A stretch of DNA of 20,000 bases from Microthyrium microscopicum (lineage: Eukaryota): positions 811,570-831,569 of the forward strand of contig MU004234.1 of NCBI GenBank assembly GCA_010405405.1. The letters are read 5' to 3'. Under the pieces are notes generated by a model, which saw only the letters and a program-made list of their open reading frames with translations, searched no databases and was not told the DNA's origin. A program made the translations under genes and the position numbers. Positions 1 to 9,669 of this stretch are shown here, in pieces. The stretch's first letter is position 1. Every line of letters starts with the position of its first letter.

Positions 1-1538
1 AGTCCGCAGAAATGGGTTAATGAACAAGTCGATATAGTCGATCGTCGTCAGGTTTATGTCGGCGGCTTTCGACTCCACATCCAGGTTTCTGATGAATAAC
101 TCTTCCAGATTTGGAGGAAGTGTCTCCGCCAACGAAGGCATGATGGCGACTTGCTGTTCATTTGAATGTCTCGCGTCTTGATTTAGCGGGTTACGCAATG
201 TTACGCTACCATATAACATCTGCAAATCCACCTCTAGCTTGCGCACATTGTCAAGAGCGCGAATATAGTCTCCAACGCTGCCACGGGCATAGGCGCTCGA
301 AAATGAAGCATTTTGACGGACCAGGAAACTGAAGGACGTTAAAGAGTGTACATGTCGTCCAGCCGCTGCTACCATGGACCGAAACGTCCCGGCGGTATGT
401 ATGTCGAAAATGTTTTCTGGGCGGTATGCACCTTGCAGATGTATACTCTTTAGTGCTGTGCAGGCTCCTAGGAGCACCTCTACACTTTCCTTGTCGAAAA
501 TTGCTTGTTTAATAGACAGCTTCTCCACGGGTGATGTTGCGTTCGGAAACGGTGCTTCGAAATCGCCCTCATTGCCGCTTCCAAGTCGGACTTGTAGCCA
601 TTTCTCTGTTATAAAAACTCCGCTAATCTCCACCTCTCTCATATTGGGGAGGTAGAACAAAGGCTTCAGAAGAAAACCAGGATGAATATAAGGTTCCCCA
701 AAGTCGAGTCGTATGCGACGCAGTTTCCAGAACGGCAGGTTGAGTTTACCCATATCAGGGCTTTCCATGATTCTCCGAGCCGTCTCTTGCAGAAGCAACC
801 ACGGAGCAAACGGCCTTGAATATTTATTTGTGCTGATCTCCAAGTTCTCCAAGTTGGGCAGCATAGCCTGGAATCTGTAAGTATAACGTCACAATCAGAG
901 ATAACGCTCCAGTCATGGTGGAACACCCATCGCACTCAGTGGGAACCATAGCACTCAATTGGAATCGCATCCTATGGTAGCCATTGAGTGCCATGGTGAA
1001 ATGATGTGTTTCGGGTTTGTCAGGTGTGGTCAAAAATATCTGATTCCACACGGGAAAATCTTACCAATAGGAGAGTGGCGTATGCATGTGGGCAGTTGGC
1101 TTTTTTATATGACTGCCAAATTGTGGAAGTGCTTAGCACCTTAGCATACACTCGTGCGTCCTGGGCGGAAGACTTCATGAGCCTTTTCCGCTCCTTGATC
1201 CTTCTCCGTTTGCCAGGTCCCTGCTGCTCTTTGACCGGGTGAAAGTTGTACTCTAGGTCGTCCCAGTTTGTCAAGCAGAAGCTTTTGACATATTTTCGAA
1301 GTACCGGATATACCCCGAGGTATTTGTAGAATACCAACAGCCTGCGAACACTATGGTTGTCCCAACATTGTATTAGGCGACGGGTGGCGACGTCGTTTAA
1401 CAACTTGCAGGTCAAGCACAACGAGCGATAGGTAGACCAGGTCAAATCGTCACGAAGCCCAATTTCCGCATCGATGAGATCGAAAATGCGATCGAGAATT
1501 TCGTTCGGAAGACTTGTTAGGCTGGTTTTTGGCGCCAT
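1..1538 (-). CDS. F-box domain protein with LRR-like C-terminal region; 3'-partial (runs off window). Exons 1538-1065 and 867-<1
   Basis: ATG at 1538 gives MAPKTSLTSLPNEILDRIF...LCLTCKLLNDVA (F-box pattern LPxEIL). The intron 1064-868 (GTAAGA...CTTAC...CAG, phase 0) joins YATLLL|AMLPNLENLEI. The second exon is open by manual translation to position 1, with LRR-like segments LFYLPNMREVEI, LLGACTALKSIHL and LPPNLEELFIRN. Confidence 0.85.
868..1064 (-). other. 197-nt spliceosomal intron with internal inverted repeats
   Basis: GTAAGA donor, CTTAC branch-like motif and CAG acceptor; splicing restores a continuous reading frame. A 15-bp inverted repeat lies at 945-959/983-997. Confidence 0.8.
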
Positions 1539-2055
1539 ATTTCGAGAGAGAAGGTTGGTACAGCCAACAATAGCTGGTTTGTCTGTGGTGGAGACTCGGT
1601 GCGACCTTGAGACTGAAGTTGTGATTAATATCAATGTATAATTGATGGCAACTTCAAGTTGAAGAAGTTGGCAAGGTTGAACATCTGCTGGATTAAATGG
1701 TAGCTTATTAGTGATGGGGGAATGAAGGCAGACACTTGATGCGCCTTTAATTGGAAGGACAACCATGGTTGAGTTCACGATGTCAACCACGGTTTGTACC
1801 AAGCTCTCACATAAAATACAACACTCATATATTAATCACATCCGTATTTCAGGTTCCAAGCTTTAGTGAGAGTAGTCTATTTGTACTTCCACTGATAGCG
1901 TGGTAAATACTGGCACGCTAAGCTGGGTATGGTCGGTTCCTCAGACATATGCAACTTTGATCTTAGCTCTGATGTGGATTACTACCAGCAACTGGAGATC
2001 ATATTCAGCAAGGTCGAGATATTTGTTTTCGATGGTTGGAGTACTCAAAAGTCCT

Positions 2056-2721
2056 TCAAAACAAGGTAAATATGAACTTGGCCAACTCCTCTCCGAAAAA
2101 GTCATACCCCTCTGTAGTCATATGCAACCCATCCAAAGACCAGAGCGGCTCCTCTCCATCTTCCTCAATATGTGGACACAGCGGAGCAAGATCCATAAGA
2201 AATATTTTGGAATAGTCCTTTGCATGTTCCGCAATCTTCTCATTGAGTTTTATACGAGACTTTCGCGCCTTTTCATACGCGCTGCTCATAGTCCTGTCAA
2301 GAGCCCGCTCAGGGACAGTGACACAGACAACTGATGCACCAGATATCAACACCTCGTCGTGCAGTGCTTTCAGGCCCTCGCAGATTTCACCCGCGCAATC
2401 ATCTGAGAGCTTATAGCCAAGGTCATTGGTTCCGCCAAGGATGACTACTATATCGTAAGGTGTGTCCTTCTCGCTCAATGCTGATTTAAGACGTTGTTGA
2501 AAAGAGCCTGCAAGGGAGAGCAGTACGCGGTCGCCGCCGAGGCCGTTGACATCAACTGTTATTTCCGTGCCAGGAAGTAATTCGGACAATTTGTTCTGGA
2601 GTGCCGGACCATAGGGATGCGTGGTCAAGCCAAAATCTGTATGGCCTTCCGTGAGAGAATCCCCAAACGCCAATATGCTGATCTGGTCAACATTGGCAAG
2701 CGTCAACTGTTTGGGGGCCAT
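2056..2721 (-). CDS. SGNH/GDSL-like hydrolase (esterase/lipase family), 221 aa, intronless
   Basis: All four SGNH blocks are present: FGDSLT (Ser), GLGG (Gly), LGGTNDL (Asn) and DGLH (Asp/His). Confidence 0.93.
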   Translation of the reverse strand: MAPKQLTLANVDQISILAFGDSLTEGHTDFGLTTHPYGPALQNKLSELLPGTEITVDVNGLGGDRVLLSLAGSFQQRLKSALSEKDTPYDIVVILGGTNDLGYKLSDDCAGEICEGLKALHDEVLISGASVVCVTVPERALDRTMSSAYEKARKSRIKLNEKIAEHAKDYSKIFLMDLAPLCPHIEEDGEEPLWSLDGLHMTTEGYDFFGEELAKFIFTLF

Positions 2722-3593
2722 ATTGAGTAGACTCCAGTGTTCACTGGTTGGCTAGTGCTGCTGTCAGCCATTGACCTTTGAAAGCGGGCATCGGGAATTA
2801 GATGCTAGGCCATACCTTTGTACCGCTCAAAAACGGCTATAGCGATTAGGAGAGAGGTGAACTGAGGTAAGACCAAGTGCAACATGGAGAATGATACAAA
2901 AAGGTCCGTGCTTGGTGCTGCATTTGGTAGTTCGATAATTTTCTTCATCCATTTAAATATTTGATAATTGTAAGGTAAGCTTTTCACTGGGTCCTACTCT
3001 TGCCATCAGCATTGTTCTTCGTGTTCAAAGTGGCAGAGGTTTAGATGCGTTTAATTGCTTCAAAAGGTGTTGTAGAAACTAGGAGGATGGAGCTATTCTG
3101 CCCCCCTAAATAAGCAACACAGAGGCCCTGAAACGCACCTAGGGGCGGTCTTGCTCCATCAGCATCGAAGCATGATTCGAAGTATCCATGGTTATGGGGC
3201 GCCGCAGATGCGGACATGCTCAAGGAAGTATAAAAGAGTTCTCATTACTCACACACAAAAACAAGAAGAATGCATTTTTTATATTACTGCTCTAAGTAAA
3301 TAAGGTTTGCCAAAAAGTATTCCTGTAAACTTCAAAAGATAGTGCAATGATATTTGCGAGCAGCCTGCCTCGAAGCGTGACGAATCAGTGGTGAAAGAGG
3401 CCAAAGTAGATCAGATCTAGAATATCTAGGAAGGACTCATGAAAAAGTCTATCCGGTCCTCTTTTGCACAACCATAACCATCGTCTGGGGTGAATCGAAG
3501 CCAGAAGTTCGATTACATCGGATTTGGCGATAGTACGTCTTGATGGGACCTTTCAGGACCAGCCATTCATAGATTTTGTTCTGGGAACTTTGG

Positions 3594-4991
3594 TCATCCT
3601 GATTCTCCCTCATTTACTTCCTCTGCGTTCTCGCGCGTCTGGCGATTGGCAAATACTGCAAGAAGGCTAAGGTCATATACGACCTTCATTCCTCCCGCCA
3701 TCAAGAAAGCAATCCAAAACATATCCCTCTCCACCAGTTGTCCCGTAATTACTGGACCAATACTCTGGGAGGCAGTCTTGACCACATTGATTGCACCCAT
3801 AATGGCTGTCCTTTCGTTCGGTAATAGTATCGCAGCCAAGAAAGCACTACGAGGGGCAGAGTCCATAGATTGAGTACTCGCTCGGAACAACAATAAAGCC
3901 ATGGCCACAGGAAGCGAGGCAGGTAAGCCCAGTGCTGCAAGAGCAATGGAAGACGGTAGGTGGGTGAAAACCATGGTTTTAACGTTCCCGATACGCCTTG
4001 CCAGACTAGCAGCTACAAGCACAGAGATTGCTTGAATGATTGAGGTGGTGAAAAAAAGAGAGCCAAGTAGATTTTCGCTTAATCCGAATCTCCGTTTAAA
4101 GTAGTTCGTGATCCAGGCCAACGGCGCAATACTGGATCCTAGATTGTCCAAGGCAAATAGCAGTGCCAATGTGAGAAATATGCCCCGACTCTCCCTACTG
4201 ATTTGAGGAAGCAGTGGTCTTCTCTGTTGCTTGGACCTCGCACTCGATTGCAAAGTTTGGTTTCCTAGTAGAGGTGTCTCTTCATTGTGAATGGGTTTCG
4301 GCTCTGGTTGGAGCTCGCAAGCGTTGCTTAATATCATTGTAAGGCCCAATTTGATCAGGCCAACGCCGGCGTAGGCAAAGAAAATGACTCGGTACGAAGC
4401 AATAATTTCAAATCCATGGTGAGCTTGGAGTGTATGGACGACCCATCCACAAGCCATCATCCCAATTGCAGCTCCCAGTGATCCAATGAGGTTGTAGTAT
4501 GCAAAGATAGAAGCTCTATCGTCCGGCAGAGAAAGATGAGCCAGTGTTGATTCTTCGATAGCTCTGAAAGGGCCGATTTCGTTGCCTGATGGACTGATGA
4601 TACCCAGTATTGCTGCAGCAAGGAGAATGAAATAGTTGTCAAATAAAGCAAAAATGACACCACTACCAGCCATCATAGCAGCTCCCAAAGCGAGCATGAA
4701 GCGTCTTCCAATACTGTCCGTAATCAAAGTGAGGAAGAAACTGATGAACACATCGCCTATCAGGGTCAATGTCATGAAAAGTCCTATGCGTGTATCTGAT
4801 ATGCCGAGTGTTGATAGGTAGGAGACGAGGATGAGTGTCGAGCCTCCATATGCGATTAAACGGACAAATCTTTGCGCAATCAGCAACTTAATGTCAATGT
4901 TAGAATTGATCAACGCCATCAGCCCAAGCTCTTGAAGAATGTTGACACCAAGCCGAGAGAGCCAGGGCGTCTGCGATGCTTCTTGATCCAT
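3594..4991 (-). CDS. Major facilitator superfamily transporter, ~465 aa, intronless
   Basis: The first in-frame ATG is at 4991 (MDQEASQ). There are two bundles of hydrophobic helices separated by a hydrophilic loop, with MFS motif A-like TDSIGRR and LARRIG. Substrate cannot be inferred. Confidence 0.9.
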   Translation of the reverse strand: MDQEASQTPWLSRLGVNILQELGLMALINSNIDIKLLIAQRFVRLIAYGGSTLILVSYLSTLGISDTRIGLFMTLTLIGDVFISFFLTLITDSIGRRFMLALGAAMMAGSGVIFALFDNYFILLAAAILGIISPSGNEIGPFRAIEESTLAHLSLPDDRASIFAYYNLIGSLGAAIGMMACGWVVHTLQAHHGFEIIASYRVIFFAYAGVGLIKLGLTMILSNACELQPEPKPIHNEETPLLGNQTLQSSARSKQQRRPLLPQISRESRGIFLTLALLFALDNLGSSIAPLAWITNYFKRRFGLSENLLGSLFFTTSIIQAISVLVAASLARRIGNVKTMVFTHLPSSIALAALGLPASLPVAMALLLFRASTQSMDSAPRSAFLAAILLPNERTAIMGAINVVKTASQSIGPVITGQLVERDMFWIAFLMAGGMKVVYDLSLLAVFANRQTRENAEEVNEGESG

Positions 4992-5677
4992 CGTCGAGGA
5001 TATAATGAGATCGTTGGATTTTCCGCAGTCCAGGTACAGTGATGGAGTCAAGCCGTTCGCATTGTCTTGGTCGGCGGCTTCGCCTTATTATAGTGGTGAG
5101 AAGAGTTTCAACCCTTCCTTGATCTGCCAGTGGCGGATCGCTGTAGCCTAAGAGTCGCTTGAACCTTCCGCATTAGGCAATTGCGACGGCATTTCCATGG
5201 CTGTTCGCGAGTCTCGCGCGAGTCACAGCCTCCACAAAGTGGATCGAAGAATATCCTGCTTATCAAGAACCCTCTCCTAGAAATCCTTTTGATTTTTTCA
5301 ATTCAAAAACGAAGTCCGCCAATATCTAAGCAGACTCCATGGTAGAGAACCGCGACTTCGCGAGTATGACAATTTCTCGCGATGGACAATTTTAACAAGA
5401 TAAAAGAAAAGGAGGGTCTCATTCCTACAGAGCTATAGATTGCTGATCAAACTGTTTTCCAAGTAGTCTTGGAATACAGTGTTAAATAGGTTGTGAATTT
5501 ATGTTTCACTAGGGTTGTCAACTTGTCAATACTAACAAGGTAAGCGAACTACTCTCGCCTCGGAAGGATTTGCTTATGAGTCAACGTCTGTTCAACCACC
5601 ACGACTACAACTACCCCTTAAAGTTGCACGCCTAGTTTTCATCAAGACAATATACCAAAAGCTTCTGGAGCTTAACT

Positions 5678-6638
5678 ATGCCGAGACCCACGCCAACTGA
5701 AATTACGTTTCGTGAATGGACTGGAAGCGATATCGTCGGTGTCGCAGAGCTCTTTCTTGTTGCTCCGGACGACGGCACTCTATATCAATTTCCAGAAGCC
5801 AAGAAACATCATCAGGAAATGCTCAGCAAGTTCATACGATATCTGAAGAGTGAGCTATTTAACCGGAAGACTCTCACGCGAATTGCGGACTTACGAACAG
5901 AGTCTGGTGAAAAGATCGTGGGTTTCTCACAGTGGCATCAAAGGGTGAAAGATCCAAAAGGTTCCGACACTTATATGCCAATAGAAGTCTTCCGACCATT
6001 GAGTTTGCAAGACCGTAAGTGTGTATTTTTATCTTTCCGAAATGCCTCTCGGCAGCGTAGCTGTCTTGCAGTCTTTCGTTCAACTCTTTGATTCCGCTCC
6101 TAGATTCTTTCATGAATAGTGTTTGACTGTAACAGTGATAAATTGGCCACTGATGGCACTTGAGGCAACATACAAACAACTCTACTCGTGGCTACACCAA
6201 GAGGCAAATCTAGGCCTCCAGAGGAACCCAAAGAAATCAGAGGCAATTAGAGCAGGAAGGAACCGATCTCCACAATTAGAAAAGTCCATACCATGCTTTC
6301 AACTCTCTGGATTGGCGGTTCACCCGGATCACCAAGGGTTCGGAATTGCAACAAAGCTTGTTCGCTGGGGCATGGATCAAGCAAAAGCTAAGGGCGTCCC
6401 AGTCATCACTGGCGGAGAGGAAAGTGGACTGAAGTTTTACCAGAATGCACTTGGTTTCAAACGCATTCGAGAAAGCGAGTATTGGATCGATCCCGAGGGG
6501 AATAACATTGATAGAGAAGAAGTTGAGAAAGGCAATGATTTATGGAAGAAAGTCAATGGTGGTGTTTCTGGTAGCGATGCCATATGGTGTCCTGACGGAA
6601 TAGAGGTTGATTTGAAAGGATTAACACCTGGTAGTTGA
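5678..6638 (+). CDS. GNAT-family N-acetyltransferase, ~279 aa; exons 5678-6014 and 6136-6638
   Basis: The intron 6015-6135 (GTAAGT...TTGAC...AACAG, phase 1) joins the two track ORFs in frame. Acetyl-CoA motif A is LAVHPDHQGFGIATKLVRWG, followed by GLKFYQNALGFK; IVGFSQW strand in exon 1. Confidence 0.88.
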
Positions 6639-7049
6639 ATGGGAGAAGTACGATTCAATGCATCTTTCGACTAATGCAGCAATGCGCGAGTATTGAGCAC
6701 TTCCCAGTAAGCCGGCAAATGTTGCAGTTGCTCGTGGATGGTTCTTATGTTCCCCCTTTTGTCTACAAAATGCCTTTCTTCTCATACTAATCTCTATCGC
6801 AAAGCTTGGATTTTTTTTTGCAGTTAGTATGCCAGTCAATCCATATCGTGTTGAACACATTGTCCTTTTAATTTTGATATGGGATCGGCACACGGTGGCT
6901 TGCCAGCCATTCGATTTCACTGTACATACGGTTGACAACAAATGCCCGCCATCCTCTTTTCCTTCCGTTCTATAGCTTGTTGCGTATGTCTCTAGACTTC
7001 TGGCTTATTGCACTCTTTTATCAGAAGTCCTAGACTACAGCCTGACACC

Positions 7050-8782
7050 ATGGGAGTCAGCCAATCGACCCATAGCGAAGACGTTGAGGCTCAACAAGAG
7101 CGAGCTGGTATCAATGCCGGCAAGGCTGATGAGAATACGCCTTTACTCTACTACTTGGAGCCGAGACAGCTCGACTTTGAACAATGTGCCAAATTGCACA
7201 ACGGGATTCTCGATCTAGGATGGAATGCCGTGGGCGAGGTTCGTCCTCACAGATCGTGGTGGGAGTACTACTTTGGTCCGCAAGATACAGGTAGGAAAAA
7301 GCCAACTGACCCGGGGCGCTCAATAATTATTAAAGCACAGAACCACAAAACAGCTGGGAGAGGTATAACCGGGATCCCAGTACGGCTACCGAGCTTGAAA
7401 AGCGCTTACCTGAATCCTTGATCAAATTTTTGAAACTGGCTGGTCATGATTATCCAGGACACGATGAAGAAAGAAGTTTCTTTCTATATGTGAAAAGACT
7501 ATGGGAGCCGGCAAATATGATTGCCTGCTTAAATGGGGATGGAGCATATTGGAGTATCAAGAACAAATACATATGCCTATATGAGAGCAACTTTGGAGGA
7601 TTCGTAGTGTGATTATCCACAGCCCTTATTTGTTGTTGTGTTACTGACCTTTTTGCTGCATAGATTCAATATAATCGACATGACGGCGCGAATCACGCAT
7701 GAGGCGGAAAACAAATTATCGCAAATTGTACCTGAGTAAGCTGGTCCTCTTAAATCCGAATGATCATGGTTTTTGGAACATCCAAACGACTGAGAAATGC
7801 CAAGCTAACTCTACATAGAGATGATGAACTCATGCAGCCAGGTATGAAATGGATGACTTTAGAATCGATAATAGAAGCCTTCGTGGAAATGATCGAGCAG
7901 AACCGAGTCATGGTACTACGTGAGGATCCAGATCCCAAAACGCAGTCCCTTGAGGTTAATGGATTTTTCTTCTTATCAACACTGCCTTGGCATCTTTCCT
8001 TAGATGATGAAACTATTGTCAACATAACAGTCGCAGCCTGGGATACCCTTTTATCGGCAGTCGAGTCACGCTTGCCAGCTCAAAAGTCACACCTTATCGA
8101 GTACCAATCTTCTTATAGCGAAGACATTATCGCTTCTTGCGATATTCACGGTTTCTTTCTGAAGAAGTTCCTTCTCAAGGCCAAAGTCCCAAGCTTCAAA
8201 TACGTCGCGCCAGGTCTCAGGACAATACCATCAGAGGAGCTCCACGCCAGCCAACCATTTCAGAATACAGATCTATCTATGCTCTGCACAGATATGTGGA
8301 AGGACCAATGGACCCAGCGTCGATTTAAATACTACCCATTTCTGTTCCTCCATGGCGACACAACTATTTCAGGAGGAAAGAGAGTGCTAGGCTATCCGTG
8401 GGAAAACGCTTCAAAATTCGAGACCGGATTATATCTTCAGCCTTCAGGGTACATTGAGCGACCAGATGGATGTCGGCTCCTCCTCCCATTCTCTATGGCA
8501 CCTGGTGAATGGCAAACATCAAGCCCGATTAAGTTGCGCTATGGTTACGATGGACTGTATCAACCCAAATCATTGACGGTTCAGCATGATCTACTTCCCG
8601 AAGTCCAAGATGAAATAGAGTGTGCGTTACGATTAGAACTTCTGTTCAAGAATTGGACAAGTATGATTGAAAATGGACATTGGGAAGTTGGTGCAGATGG
8701 AGTGATGGGTGGACTTGAGAAGTTCAAAGAAGCTGACACGGGAGGGAATTGGCATCTATATTTTCTAGGAAGAACATGGTGA
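7050..8782 (+). CDS. Uncharacterised fungal protein, ~514 aa; exons 7050-7290, 7341-7608, 7664-7735, 7819-8782
   Basis: Three GT-AG introns (7291-7340; 7609-7663 with ACTGAC branch; 7736-7818 with GCTAAC branch) join three track ORFs into one 1545-nt frame. The N-terminus MGVSQS fits MGxxxS. Motifs include WMTLESIIEAFVEMIE and NWTSMIENGHWEVGADGVMGGLEKFKEADT. Confidence 0.8.
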
Positions 8783-8819
8783 AAATCCTTAAAGCTGTAA
8801 CTCAATTTGCAGTATCCGT

Positions 8820-8964
8820 TGTGAAGGGGCGACCAACAGGGGCTGTTTCAGCCAAGAATAGGTGTTATTTAGATCTCTGAAGGGGCTAAGATTCTGGTTC
8901 CTTAAGCATATTTTAACCAATACAATTACCATTAAATCCTCTATTGCCGCTCCAAGAACTATTA
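8820..8964 (+). repeat. 5' LTR
   Basis: TGTGAAGGGG...GAACTATTA; direct repeat of 9525-9669. Confidence 0.9.
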
Positions 8965-8967
8965 AAT

Positions 8968-8975
8968 TGGGGGCT
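8968..8975 (+). other. Putative primer-binding site, tRNA-Pro-like (TGGGGGCT)
   Basis: Lies 3 nt after the 5' LTR, begins with TGG (complement of CCA) and matches the first 8 nt of the classical tRNA-Pro PBS TGGGGGCTCGTCC. Confidence 0.55.
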
Positions 8976-9524
8976 AAACCATGGACGGCAATATGATCTT
9001 TTATCCTCACATTCTCTTATTAAACGATTTACTACGTTTAAACTAACGGACGCTGACGACGACTAGCCTTTCGTTGCCTTTACCATCATATCTTCATTAT
9101 CGAACGACGACGTCCTTTATTAAGCACTCATTAAAATCCATTAGAACTAGCTGCGTTTGAACTGACGGCAGCATCTTACTCTATAAATTTACTATAAAAT
9201 GGCCCATAGAGAGACAAAGAAGCATAAACCAAACTAGAGCTAATTACATAGTGTTAAACGCATGGGATCACCTGAGTTGAGTCGCTATGGGCTGTTTTGA
9301 TAACTAAATAGAACGGAATGGTTACGGGATTTATATTTGAACGAGGGTCGACGATTCTGGCTATGATTTGGTAGTATGAGGACCTTAGGAGGAATTAGTG
9401 CTTTTAACGAACGAAAAGGGCTGCTAACGAGTGTAATTGAAGGGATGGGCAACAACAACAAACGAGCAAGCTTTTGCTACGAAGATTAAGATTGTATCTT
9501 GACCTTAATTGTCTATGGAATAGT

Positions 9525-9669
9525 TGTGAAGGGGCGACCAACAGGGGCTGTTTTAGCCAAGAACAGGTATTATTTAGATCTCTGAAGGGGCTGAGATTCT
9601 AGTTCCTTAAGCATATTTTAACCAATACAATTACCATCAAATCCTCTATTGCCGCTCCAAGAACTATCA
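9525..9669 (+). repeat. 3' LTR
   Basis: TGTGAAGGGG...GAACTATCA, followed directly by CCGT. Confidence 0.9.

Larger units (their letters stand above)
8820..9669 (+). mobile_element. Non-autonomous miniature LTR retroelement (TRIM-like), 850 bp, lightly RIP-mutated
   Basis: Direct repeats at 8820-8964 and 9525-9669 (145 bp, 138/145 identical) with TG...CA ends (the 5' copy ends TA). CCGT flanks both sides (8816-8819, 9670-9673). PBS-like TGGGGGCT at 8968-8975. The 560-bp internal region has no long ORF. Confidence 0.88.

Noticed and set aside
1539..1802. N-terminal extension of the 260-aa track ORF
   Set aside because: It begins at a non-ATG codon; the F-box starts directly after the ATG at 1538.
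1527..2721. Neighbouring genes both start MAPK
   Set aside because: Four residues only, with no further similarity; a common fungal N-terminus.
8820..8964. Hammerhead, hairpin, HDV or twister ribozyme in the LTR (CTGAAGG, GGTTCCTTAAGC, minus-strand CTGAAAC)
   Set aside because: I could not assemble a complete canonical core with correct stems on either strand by eye. Left as a test, not a call.
8976..9490. Possible RIP-interrupted ORF in the mini-element's internal region
   Set aside because: It has many stops, including TGA that canonical RIP does not produce, and no recognisable motif.
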